The translations under genes were made by a program, and so were the position numbers. A DNA stretch of 60,872 nucleotides, the filler included. It is 8 parts of 8 records of this genome, joined end to end, with 100 filler letters (N's around TTAATTAATTAA, not from the genome) between each part and the next. Parts side by side here need not be neighbours in the genome. Positions count along the whole stretch, not along the records: positions 23,121 to 31,031 come from SRR31156797_38822; positions 31,132 to 36,373 come from SRR31156797_38835; positions 36,474 to 42,633 come from SRR31156797_38836; 5 more parts are not named here. One strand, 5' to 3'. The notes under the pieces are model-generated. The model was given only the letters and a program-made list of their open reading frames with translations, had not been told where the DNA came from and did not search any database. This document shows, piece after piece, positions 30,287 to 39,824 of this stretch. Position 1 is the first letter of the stretch. Each line of letters starts with the position of its first letter.

Positions 30287-31031
30287 ATGTCCAACGACGA
30301 CCATTTTTTTATCAGAGAACCCTGGGTGTACGACCGGCAGTCAACACCGTATAAACGCGCCGATGCCCATCAGGGATTCGAAACCCGCTGCCTTCACACC
30401 GGTTTCGATCCCATGGCGACCCATGGAAGCGTTCCCTCCTTCACACCGCCCCTGGTTCAGTCGGTCACCTATCCCTATGAAACCTTCGATAAGATCCCTT
30501 GCCCGGTATACGGGAGAACCCGTACACCGACCAATACGGTTCTTGAAGAGCGTCTGGCCGCATTGGAAGGCGGAGAGGCTTGTATTACCGCCGGTTCCGG
30601 TTCCCAGGCGCTGTTCAATCTAATCTTCACCCTTGCACGGCCCGGTGACAACGTGGTCACCTCTCTCAACGTTTTCGGCGAAGGGTACAAGCAAGCGGCG
30701 ACGATATTTCCCGAACGCTGCAATGTTCAGTTCAGGTTTGTCGAAGAGCCGGAAAATCCTGCCGCCTGGGATGCGAAGATCGATGAGAAGACGAAACTGG
30801 TCTGGGTGGAAACGCCCAGCAATCCCTGCCTTTTTGTTACGGATATCCAGGCCGTGGCCGATGTTGCCCATGGCAAAGGGGTACCGCTGTTGGTGGACAA
30901 CACCACGGCCACCGCTGCGATACAGCGTCCCATGGCGTTGGGAGCGGATATGGTCTTGCTCTCTATTTCCAAATTCCTTTCCGGCAATGGCACCGTCCTT
31001 GGTGGTGCACTGGTGGGACCGGAGGCACTCG
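30287..31031 (+). CDS. PLP-dependent Cys/Met metabolism enzyme (gamma-lyase/sulfhydrylase family; 3' truncated)
   Basis: FET..LH.G, YGRTRTPT, LEERLAALEG, ETPSNP, VDNT, SISKFLSG (PLP lysine). Confidence 0.88.
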
Positions 31032-31131
31032 NNNNNNNNNNNNNNNNNNNNNNNNNNNNNNNNNNNNNNNNNNNNTTAATTAATTAANNNNNNNNNNNNN
31101 NNNNNNNNNNNNNNNNNNNNNNNNNNNNNNN
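31032..31131. other. Artificial contig linker
   Basis: 44 N + TTAATTAATTAA + 44 N. Confidence 0.99.
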
Positions 31132-31672
31132 AAAGTTGCTGGAACCAAAATGGACGGATCGCCTGCTTGGCCTGCTTGGCGCCAATGCCGCGGTTTTTGA
31201 ACCTCTTCTTCGGCATACCGTCAATGCAAACATTATCAGGGGCGGAGACAAGATTAACGTAATACCCGGCGAAATTGTCATAGAACTGGATGGCAGGCTT
31301 TTGCCCGGATTCGGCCCATACGATTTTATCGGCGAATTACGTGAACTGCTGGGGCCGGAAGTGGAATTGGAAGTATTGCGATACGATCCTTGTCCGGGCG
31401 CCCCGGATATGGGACTTTTTGATACACTAGCCGGTATACTCAAGGATGCCGATCCCCGTTCGATTCCGTTGCCTTTTCTAATGCCCGGCGCCTCCGACGC
31501 CAGGTTCTTCTCAAAACTGGGCATCCAGACTTACGGCTTTTTACCCATGGACCTGCCCGAGGATTTCGAATTTGCTAAAAGCATCCATGCCGCGGACGAA
31601 CGGATTCCGGTCGATTCGGTCAAATTCGGCGCCGATGCCATTTTCAATCTCTTGCAACGACTTAAGGATTGA
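31132..31672 (+). CDS. M20/M25/M40 metallopeptidase, C-terminal part (5' truncated)
   Basis: GGDKINVIP...DGRLLP...GASDARFF...IHAADER. Confidence 0.88.
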
Positions 31673-31711
31673 TACAAGAGGCCTAAATAGTTTATGAATT
31701 TTTCTGAACAT

Positions 31712-31737
31712 GTAGCGGCGCCCCCCTGTGGGCGCCG
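31712..31737 (+). repeat. GTAG-type REP element
   Basis: GTAG foot, then CGGCGCCC-CCCTGT-GGGCGCCG hairpin between convergent genes. Confidence 0.6.
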
Positions 31738-31831
31738 TATTTCTTAGCTTTAAGGGTGGAGCGACGCCTTGTTAGCGGTTTGTATTAAAGTCTTTTTTTC
31801 ACTCTATTGTTGATTTATAATTTGTAACTGA

Positions 31832-32449
31832 CTACAACCCGCTGATGTACTCCACAAGACAATCAATCAATTTATTCTCACGGCCCGAATAAAAGTGGTC
31901 TGCGCCTGGAATAACAACGGGCTCAACCGGATTGTTAAGCTTGCGGCCAAGTTCCTTTCCAAGCCTCGGAGGCCCTATCTCATCATGCTCTCCGCAAATC
32001 ATCAGCCCTATCTCCGTATCCGGAGACAATCCGTCAAATTCCATGAAAGCCGCTGGCGGCGCGATTAGCATCAGGGGGGCAGAACCCTTATCCTTAAGAC
32101 CCGCCCAGGCGAATGCCGCCGTCCAGGCTCCGAATGAATAGCCGATCGTCAGGAGACGCTCCGCGCCGCTTTCTTTTAAAAAAGCTGCCGCCGATATAAT
32201 ATCATCCTGTTCTTTAATACCCTGGCCATGGGAACCAGTGCTGCCTCCTACTCCTCTAAAATTGAAGCGCAAGCTGGAATATCCCGCTTGTTTTAAGGCC
32301 CGACAAGCCGCATCAACCACGTTGTTATACATGGATCCGCCGTATAACGGGTGGGGGTGGGCGACTACGCCGACGCGGCTCCCGCCCGCATCATCCAGCA
32401 ATCCTTCCAGAACTACACCATCGCCTTGAATACTGACCGGTTTTGACAT
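31832..32449 (-). CDS. Alpha/beta-fold hydrolase
   Basis: HPHPLYGGSM.N.VV, RFNFRGVG.S.G, GYSFG nucleophile, GEHD, GADHF; SD AGGAG. Confidence 0.92.
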   Translation of the reverse strand: MSKPVSIQGDGVVLEGLLDDAGGSRVGVVAHPHPLYGGSMYNNVVDAACRALKQAGYSSLRFNFRGVGGSTGSHGQGIKEQDDIISAAAFLKESGAERLLTIGYSFGAWTAAFAWAGLKDKGSAPLMLIAPPAAFMEFDGLSPDTEIGLMICGEHDEIGPPRLGKELGRKLNNPVEPVVIPGADHFYSGRENKLIDCLVEYISGL

Positions 32450-32955
32450 GCCTGCTCCTCTCATTAACTTTTTACATCCATCCGCCATGCTGTAGAGCAG
32501 CATCATAACAAATCTTTAAGCAATAAATGAAACATGATTTTCCATGAAATTGAAAGCAAGCTGGTTACTAATTTGGCATCCCGCAGGCCGTCGTCCTGAA
32601 AAAGTAATCAATTCAATATGGTAGCCGAACAATAATATGCGGGTGCAAACCCGTCGCACCCTTTCAATTCATCCCATGCTCTTTTTTTCCGCACACCAAT
32701 GAAGCATTCATGCCGCCCTTATCGGGTTTTTTCTTTAAACATTGATACATTGCCTTATCCGATATACCGGAATGCCGTAAGGAACAATCAGTGAATTTCG
32801 CTAAAGGAAATCATGGCTGCCATGATTTACTTCATATCCGTTTAGCGTCTAATATAACCTTAAAATGTCTCATGCATCCAGGTTGGCAGCGTTCGGTCCT
32901 CGGGCCTGTCTGGAATCTCAGGACATTAAACCGTAAATTAAAACTTTGACAGGAG

Positions 32956-34098
32956 ATGGGAATGTCAGGTTTTCCGCAGGAATTGAATTCTGAATGGCTA
33001 GACGAATACCAAGAACGTGAACCCGCAGCAGTAAAATTTGAAGAACAACCTGTAGACAGCACTTTGGGCGCATACATGTCCGAAGTGACCGGCCACTCCC
33101 GCATTACGCCCGAACGTGAAATCATACTGGGCAAGCGGATTAAAAACGGCCAGGAGATCATGGTAAACCTGGTGATTAACAGCCCCATCCGTATCAAGGG
33201 AATGCAGGAATTGCGCTCCGATATTAACGACTGGCTGGAAAAGCGGATCAGGCCGACATGGAGTGAAGGAGAAGCCATCCGCATAATCAGGGAACGGGTC
33301 AGGGAACTGGCGCTCAAGCATCAGAAAAACAAAAAGCTCAACCATTTGAGCATCAGACTTTCAAGGATAGAAGGCAAGGTTCGTCAGGCCCTGGATGAAC
33401 TGATAACCGCCAACCTTAGACTGGTTATCACCATGGCCAAAAGCTATTCGAATAGAGGCCTGCCATTGGCCGATCTGATACAGGAAGGAAATGTCGGGCT
33501 GATCAAGGCGGCCGGTAAATATGACTATTCAACCGGTTTCCGGTTTTCAACCTACGCCATCTGGTGGATACGCCAGGCCATAGTCAGGGCCATATACGAT
33601 AAGGGAAGGACAATAAGGCTGCCTGTTCATTTGCTGGAAACCCGCAATGCCTTCTACAAGGCCTACTACGAATTCATGAGGGAGGAAGGCCGCGAACCGA
33701 GTCCCAACGACATAGCTTCCATGATGGGAGTGCCCCTGGATAAGGTCGTCTCCCTGATCCTTTACATAAAAGAACCACTGTCAATAGACGCCCCAAGAGG
33801 AGACGACGAAATAAGCCTCCTGGACAACCTTGTCGCCGAGGACGTTGCTTCTCCATCCGATAATATCAACTATCGCGAACTTTGCGCCATGGTCAAAAAG
33901 GCATTAACCAACCTGCCCGGCCGTGAAGAAAAAGTGCTCAAGGAAAGATTCGGGATAGAAAGGGATGAAAAAAGGACCCTCGAGCAGGTGGGGCGGGAAT
34001 TCAATATTTCAAGGGAACGCGTCAGGCAACTGGAAACCCAGGCCCTCGAGCGCCTGCGCAGGCCGGAAAATATTCAGGTTCTGTCCGGTTTGATCTGA
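32956..34098 (+). CDS. RNA polymerase sigma-70 factor (RpoD/RpoS-like, lacking region 1.1)
   Basis: ANLRLV..AK.Y.NRGL, DLIQEGN.GL, FSTYA.WWIRQAI, TIRLPVH, RTLEQVG...SRERVRQ. Confidence 0.93.
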   Translation: MGMSGFPQELNSEWLDEYQEREPAAVKFEEQPVDSTLGAYMSEVTGHSRITPEREIILGKRIKNGQEIMVNLVINSPIRIKGMQELRSDINDWLEKRIRPTWSEGEAIRIIRERVRELALKHQKNKKLNHLSIRLSRIEGKVRQALDELITANLRLVITMAKSYSNRGLPLADLIQEGNVGLIKAAGKYDYSTGFRFSTYAIWWIRQAIVRAIYDKGRTIRLPVHLLETRNAFYKAYYEFMREEGREPSPNDIASMMGVPLDKVVSLILYIKEPLSIDAPRGDDEISLLDNLVAEDVASPSDNINYRELCAMVKKALTNLPGREEKVLKERFGIERDEKRTLEQVGREFNISRERVRQLETQALERLRRPENIQVLSGLI

Positions 34099-34166
34099 TT
34101 TAAAAACCAAGTGAACTAAAACAAAGCATGTACAACAAATAAATCTCGTTACCATCAAACCCGTTA

Positions 34167-34198
34167 AAAGGGCGGTCTTAGAGCCGCCCTTTAGTTTT
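34167..34198 (+). terminator. Rho-independent terminator
   Basis: AAAGGGCGG / CCGCCCTTT stem followed by a T-rich tail. Confidence 0.7.
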
Positions 34199-34594
34199 CT
34201 ACAACCTACAACCACGTCGAATAGCAACCTGCGCCTGTGAGTTAATAAGGATAACAAATAGCTGGCCGGCGAATTGGTGTTACTCTGCGCCATTGAGATT
34301 TTGACCGCCGAAGGTGACAAATACACAAAACCGATTCCTTACAGCCCGTGATTGTCGCACCATGACTCTTAGGGGGACGGTGATATCGAACTGTCAGATA
34401 AAGTCTTGAAAAATGGTGCGAAATAGTGCGTCCACGAGGGCAGTCATTCCACTGAGCTATGGTTTCGCGATCCCGAACCTCCGCACCAACACAAAAAACA
34501 CCTGTTCAAATGGTTCAAAGGCGTTATGAGCCTGGAATCCATGGGTTACAATAATATAATCAGTCATTGGAAAAAAAAGGATAGGGGAGCAGCC

Positions 34595-35518
34595 ATGAAC
34601 TGTCCTAAGTGCAGCCAGGAAAACCCTGACACATTTAATTTCTGCCGAGTGTGCGGAGCAAAACTGGGTCTGAAATGTCCAGCCTGTAACGCTGCTGTCC
34701 TTCCAACCGATAATTTTTGCGGTAACTGTGGTCGTGACCTTCAAAAAGTCAAGGAAGGCGGATTAATAGTAGCTTCAAACGCCGTCTCCCCGATAATAAG
34801 TTCATCCTCGGGCCAAAAGCGGATGGAGTCCTTTACCAATTCGATTGGTCAGCAATTTGTTTTGATCCCGGCAGGGGAGTTTATAATGGGCAGCCCAAAA
34901 GGGGAAAAAGATCACTTGGACAATGAAATCCAGCATGAAGTCGCATTTTCAAAATCCTTCTTTATGCAGATTACTCCAGTGACCCAAAGTCAATGGCAGT
35001 CGGTGATGGGGGCCAATCCCAGTGAGTTCAAAGGGGATGACGGATGTCCGGTCGAATCTGTGTCCTGGAATGATGTCCAGGAATTTATTCGTAAACTGAA
35101 CGCCAGGGAAGGAACGGACAAGTATCGCCTGCCAACAGAGGCGGAGTGGGAATATGCATGCCGAGCCGGAAGCGCTTCGGCCTGGTGTTTTGGCGGTGAT
35201 GAATATTTACTTGACGAATACGCCTGGTACTTTAATAACGCCGTGGGAAAAACTCACCCCGCGGCCGGTAAGAAGCCCAACGAGTGGGGGCTTTTTGACA
35301 TGCATGGCAATGTTTGGGAATGGTGCCGGGACTGGAGAGGCGCCTATACGTTGGACGCTGTGACCGATCCAGGAGGTCCTGCAGGCGGGCGTGCACGAGT
35401 TATTCGCGGCGGCGCATGGAGTCATGGCGCTCAAGACAGCCGCTCAGCCAATCGAGGCGGCAGCGTCCCCGACCGGGGCGGAGCCAACGTTGGTTTCCGC
35501 CTGGCCAGGGATAAATGA
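34595..35518 (+). CDS. Double zinc ribbon + FGE-sulfatase (CLec-fold) domain protein
   Basis: CPKC, CRVCG, CPAC, CGNCG; IPAGEFIMGS, RLPTEAEWEYACRAG, DMHGNVWEWC, RVIRGG, GFRL; SD GGGGAG. Confidence 0.9.
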   Translation: MNCPKCSQENPDTFNFCRVCGAKLGLKCPACNAAVLPTDNFCGNCGRDLQKVKEGGLIVASNAVSPIISSSSGQKRMESFTNSIGQQFVLIPAGEFIMGSPKGEKDHLDNEIQHEVAFSKSFFMQITPVTQSQWQSVMGANPSEFKGDDGCPVESVSWNDVQEFIRKLNAREGTDKYRLPTEAEWEYACRAGSASAWCFGGDEYLLDEYAWYFNNAVGKTHPAAGKKPNEWGLFDMHGNVWEWCRDWRGAYTLDAVTDPGGPAGGRARVIRGGAWSHGAQDSRSANRGGSVPDRGGANVGFRLARDK

Positions 35519-35616
35519 ACCTCTACTCTGTTTCCTTTTACCTTTATATACATCTACGCGTAAGCAAAAATAATGTTGGGAAGTGTTGTGTTAAAATCGA
35601 AAGTCGAAATAAATCT

Positions 35617-36102
35617 TCAGGCCGATTTTTGCCTGTAGCGGTCGATCACCTTTCTTACAATCCCATAAGCCGAAAGGCAGAAATATATTAGACAGGCGGT
35701 TACTGCCGTATACCAGCCCACTAATAGTTTACCGGAAAACAGCGTCAACATGGTTATCAGATATGCCGAACTCAAGCACAGTAATATCTCTACAATCATG
35801 ACTATATTCAAAATCCATTTCTTTTTCAGAAACATATTGAACAAGATAATGGGGACCGGCCACAGGTAACCGAAAAATAAGAAAAAAAACGAATCCCAAC
35901 TCGACATGGCATCGTCAAAGATTACTTCATAGGCATAGACCGTCTTGGGACTCTTGATTTTCAGGGTGATCCAAGGCTTCGATTTTTCGGCGCCGCCCGG
36001 CAGTTCAAGCTGTGAACAGCCTCTGGCAAGTGGTAGAAAAAAAGAAACAAGCAACAACAAGGCGCAGATTGCTTTTATGTTCATTTTCGTCGATTGTTTC
36101 AT
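35617..36102 (-). CDS. Hypothetical membrane protein (about 4 TM)
   Basis: Several hydrophobic helices; start uncertain. Confidence 0.6.
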   Translation of the reverse strand: MKQSTKMNIKAICALLLLVSFFLPLARGCSQLELPGGAEKSKPWITLKIKSPKTVYAYEVIFDDAMSSWDSFFFLFFGYLWPVPIILFNMFLKKKWILNIVMIVEILLCLSSAYLITMLTLFSGKLLVGWYTAVTACLIYFCLSAYGIVRKVIDRYRQKSA

Positions 36103-36373
36103 AGTCTCACTTTGGAGGCTGCTTCGGCGCCAATATCTTAACATGTAATTTAGAGCCTAATTGATGAGTTCCAATGTAAGGATATGCATCCGATGAAATG
36201 ATTGTAACCCATTTTCAAGGCGGAAAACTGCATTTTTGAAGGTTTGTTTGGCCCGGTTAAATTACCGATACACTTCTTCAGGAACTCGTCGGCTGTGACA
36301 GCGGCTTCTGCGCATAAACAATCCTTGACAATTTTGCTCTTCGGGCTTATTTATACACACGTATGAATTAATT

Positions 36374-36473
36374 NNNNNNNNNNNNNNNNNNNNNNNNNNN
36401 NNNNNNNNNNNNNNNNNTTAATTAATTAANNNNNNNNNNNNNNNNNNNNNNNNNNNNNNNNNNNNNNNNNNNN
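36374..36473. other. Artificial contig linker
   Basis: 44 N + TTAATTAATTAA + 44 N. Confidence 0.99.
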
Positions 36474-36643
36474 ACAAAGCGCAGCATCCAGCCGATGACC
36501 ATGGTCAGTTTATGATTGATACGAACAGAAAAGTTTTTTCCGAAAACACTTAAAATATAATAGGAAATATTTTCAACGATCACCATGATCAAGGTGAATA
36601 GAAAAAAGAAAAATACACGAATACCGGCTATTAGATATCTCAT
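36474..36643 (-). CDS. Membrane protein N-terminus, possibly a lysophospholipid acyltransferase (3' truncated)
   Basis: ATGA overlap with the serpin stop; hydrophobic N-terminus; no catalytic motif visible. Confidence 0.4.
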
Positions 36644-37914
36644 TCGACTCCCGGGTTAGTGACTTGTCCCATGAACAAAATTGCACCGCTTTCATTGTGC
36701 TTAATAATGAACATGAAGGGATGATCTGCACGGAACTCAATGGGCGCTCTCTGTACGGGTGCCATCGAGGTTAGCTTCATCACAACTGCCGTTGCGGCTG
36801 CGGCTTCCGTTTTGACCTCATCAACTTCGATAAACGCTTTATGGATCACAGCTGAGATCATCAAGTCCTTTTTACCGGTCATGCCCGAAAATTCTGCATC
36901 ATCAGTAAACGGAATGTTCATTCCCAGTTTTGTCAATGCGGGCTTCAGTTCATAATCGGTTTCAAGTTTATATTTTGGCATGTACAGCAGGATATCTTCC
37001 CATACCCTGTTGTTCTCATGCTTTTTCAACATACTTTCATCTACTTTTTTCACAAGATCCTTAAGACCGTTCCTTTGATTCGGCAAGAGGATCATCATTG
37101 AATATTTGTAACCCTTATAAGGGATCTCCAGAACCTGTGTGCCGTTGATCTTGGAATAGGCATAGCGACCACGCTGATACATCATATCACAGATACTTTC
37201 ACCATCTTCAAGCGAATAAAAGGGTTCTTTTCGCGTTAATTCCTTGTTGAAATGCTCCGCCCATTCGGCATTAAAATAAACAGCATTGGTCAGAACCATG
37301 CGCGTATCGGCATCAATCACACCTTTGGGGATCAAGTTTTGAATACGTTCATTGGTTTTATCTTCCACCCAATCATTGATTGTCTTGCGGGAAGCTTCAG
37401 GTTTCTTGACAAAATTCAATTCACGGGATTCGCTCTTATAATCAAGCTTTACCGTTTTTACATACTTTTCCAATAGGGGAAATTTGTTTTGCACCCAGAC
37501 AGCATTTGCAATATTGATCTCGAAATCCTCGTTGCTTTGGGACAAAGAATCCAGCATCAAACCGTAATCACGGTGATATTCCATACGCTGAGGCCCATAA
37601 TGCAAAGCTGAGCGCATTTCATCAGCTGTTTGTCCTACAGCACCGGCATAGGTCATAGCCAACGCGGAGGACATGCTCAAAGGTGAAATAAATTCATTAT
37701 TTTCTGAAGATGCATTCAAGGTTCGATACATATCAAACGAGAATGCGTTCAAACCATCCACAACCAAGCCGAGCGCTGATATGATACCGGCTGATTTTGG
37801 AGTATTTTCTCCGGCTTCTCTAATATTGTTATCTTCCCTCACCATTTCTTTTTCGGCACATGCGCTAAATAACACAAGCAGAGCCAACATGCCCGATAAC
37901 AAGATCTTTTTCAT
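36640..37914 (-). CDS. Serpin family lipoprotein
   Basis: Lipobox FSAC; NEFISPLS, INDWVEDKT..I, LTNAVYF.A.W, hinge TEAAAATAV, FRADHPF. Confidence 0.95.
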   Translation of the reverse strand: MKKILLSGMLALLVLFSACAEKEMVREDNNIREAGENTPKSAGIISALGLVVDGLNAFSFDMYRTLNASSENNEFISPLSMSSALAMTYAGAVGQTADEMRSALHYGPQRMEYHRDYGLMLDSLSQSNEDFEINIANAVWVQNKFPLLEKYVKTVKLDYKSESRELNFVKKPEASRKTINDWVEDKTNERIQNLIPKGVIDADTRMVLTNAVYFNAEWAEHFNKELTRKEPFYSLEDGESICDMMYQRGRYAYSKINGTQVLEIPYKGYKYSMMILLPNQRNGLKDLVKKVDESMLKKHENNRVWEDILLYMPKYKLETDYELKPALTKLGMNIPFTDDAEFSGMTGKKDLMISAVIHKAFIEVDEVKTEAAAATAVVMKLTSMAPVQRAPIEFRADHPFMFIIKHNESGAILFMGQVTNPGVE

Positions 37915-37923
37915 TGTTACTCC

Positions 37924-39516
37924 TTAGATAATGGTGTCTTTCAAGTACTTATCGTCTTTTGCAGGATAATCGGACATGTAATGGAGTCCGCGGCTTTCGT
38001 TCCTGCGAAGAGCGGAACGGACGATCAGATATGCTACGGCTGAAAGATTTCTTAGTTCCAACAAGGGCAGGGACACCCTTGTGCGTTTATAATATTCTTC
38101 AATTTCTTCATAGAGTGTGGTCATGCGCGTAATAGCACGATTTAATTGTGCTTTTGAGCGCACAATACCCACGTAATCCCACATGATGGTTTGCAACTCC
38201 GTCCGGTTATTGCGGATCAGCGTCCATTCATGATCATTGGTCACATCCGTATCATCCCATTCGGGAATTGCCACGTTATTTAGACTATTGCGTTTCTTTT
38301 CGATCACACGTTTGGCCGCGCGGTGCGCAAAAACAAGTCCCTCTAAGAGAGAATTGGATGCCAATCGGTTCGCTCCGTGAATACCGGTATGAGCGGTCTC
38401 CCCTGCTGCAAATAAATTATGCATAGAGGTTTGTCCATTCAGATTTGTCATCACACCACCGCAAACATAATGAGCAGCCGGAACAACCGGGATCATTTCC
38501 TTGCTGATATCAATTTTTAGATTTTCTTTACAGTGTGATGCAATATTTGGGAAATGCGCCAGGACCTTGTTTGCCGGTAGATGCGTCATATCAAGATAAG
38601 CACAATTTTCACCGCGTGTTTTGCATTCCTCATCGATGGCACGAGCCACAACATCACGAGGTGCCAACTCCATGCGCTCTTTATCGTATTTTTCCATGAA
38701 CTGTTCACCGGCCCCATTTCTAAGAATACCGCCAAAACCGCGACAGGCTTCTGTGATCAGGAAAGGTTCAGCTCCCGGTTCGTAAAGTGCTGTGGGATGA
38801 AATTGCACGAATTCCATATTTGCAATACGCACGCCGGCACGATATGCCATGGCAATTCCATCACCGGTGGCAATATGAGGATTTGTCGTATGCAAATACA
38901 CTCTGGACGCCCCGCCGGTTGCCAAAAGCGTATAATCGGCATGAAATATATTGACCTCACCTGTTTTTTCGCTCAGAACGTAGGCTCCGAAACAAATATT
39001 GAAGGCAGATTGCAAATTTGACAACACATGGTGATCCGTGATCAATTCTACAGCCATGTGATTTTCGTAAACATGAATATTCGGATGATCTTTTACGCGA
39101 TCTACCAGAGTTTCCTGAATGCTTTTGCCGGTCTGATCGGCACAATGAAGCACTCGGGCATAACTGTGACCACCCTCGCGAGCCAGATCGTATGAGCCGT
39201 CATTCTTCATATCAAATTCCACACCGCGAGCCACCAGATCTTTGATACGTTGCGAAGCTTCCTTGACCATCACATCAACGGCATCTTTGTGGCACATGCC
39301 CGCTCCTGCAATAGTGGTATCATTGGCATGATCTTCAGGATGGTCTTCATCCAGAATAACAGCCGCTACACCACCCTGTGCCAGGGTCGTATTGGTGTTG
39401 CAGAGTTTATCTTTCGTAATAAGACTGACCTCACCATGCTCAGCGACTTCCAAAGCGAAAGTGAGCCCGGCGATACCGGAACCGACAACTAGATAATCAG
39501 ATTTGATCTCAGACAA
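37924..39516 (-). CDS. nadB: L-aspartate oxidase
   Basis: GSGIAG, AQGG, REGGHS, QFHPT, LAPRDVVAR, PAAHY..GG, HGANRLASNSLLE, ESRGLH; TTG start. Confidence 0.95.
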   Translation of the reverse strand: MSEIKSDYLVVGSGIAGLTFALEVAEHGEVSLITKDKLCNTNTTLAQGGVAAVILDEDHPEDHANDTTIAGAGMCHKDAVDVMVKEASQRIKDLVARGVEFDMKNDGSYDLAREGGHSYARVLHCADQTGKSIQETLVDRVKDHPNIHVYENHMAVELITDHHVLSNLQSAFNICFGAYVLSEKTGEVNIFHADYTLLATGGASRVYLHTTNPHIATGDGIAMAYRAGVRIANMEFVQFHPTALYEPGAEPFLITEACRGFGGILRNGAGEQFMEKYDKERMELAPRDVVARAIDEECKTRGENCAYLDMTHLPANKVLAHFPNIASHCKENLKIDISKEMIPVVPAAHYVCGGVMTNLNGQTSMHNLFAAGETAHTGIHGANRLASNSLLEGLVFAHRAAKRVIEKKRNSLNNVAIPEWDDTDVTNDHEWTLIRNNRTELQTIMWDYVGIVRSKAQLNRAITRMTTLYEEIEEYYKRTRVSLPLLELRNLSAVAYLIVRSALRRNESRGLHYMSDYPAKDDKYLKDTII

Positions 39517-39609
39517 GATTCTTTACCTGTGTTAAATTCATATCAGCTAGAAATTTAAAGACCTTTTAAAGAAGAAACCAATGATTTCTTATGTTTAGAG
39601 GTTTAGGGT

Positions 39610-39752
39610 TTAGTAGCCTCGAGCTTTAGCTCGGGGTAAAAAATTCCCAAATAAATGGGTTTTAACCCAAATTATTTATTAAATAAGAAAATGGGGTTAA
39701 AACCCCGATCTTTATGTACACTCTCCCCCGAGCTAAAGCGCGGGGCTACTAA
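39610..39752. repeat. REPIN-like element (inverted pair of GTAG-type REPs with nested inner repeats)
   Basis: 27-bp arms with 25/27 identity (TTAGTAGCCTCGAGCTTTAGCTCGGGG); inner arms GGGTTTTAACCC / GGGTTAAAACCC. Confidence 0.8.
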
Positions 39753-39824
39753 TTTGCTATATCACGAACACACCATTACACCGTTCACGACAGTTCACTG
39801 TTTACTGTTTACTGTTCACTGGAT

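Noticed and set aside
32573-32589. Possible sigma-54 promoter TTGGCATCCCGCAGGC
   Set aside because: GG-N10-GC spacing fits but the -12 TTGC element is missing; too weak
34200-34520. 300-nt gap as a possible ncRNA or pseudogene
   Set aside because: No recognisable RNA motif or protein remnant by eye
746-35518. Two FGE-sulfatase genes as a DGR or paralogue pair
   Set aside because: They are on different contigs from different organisms; no RT or template repeat seen
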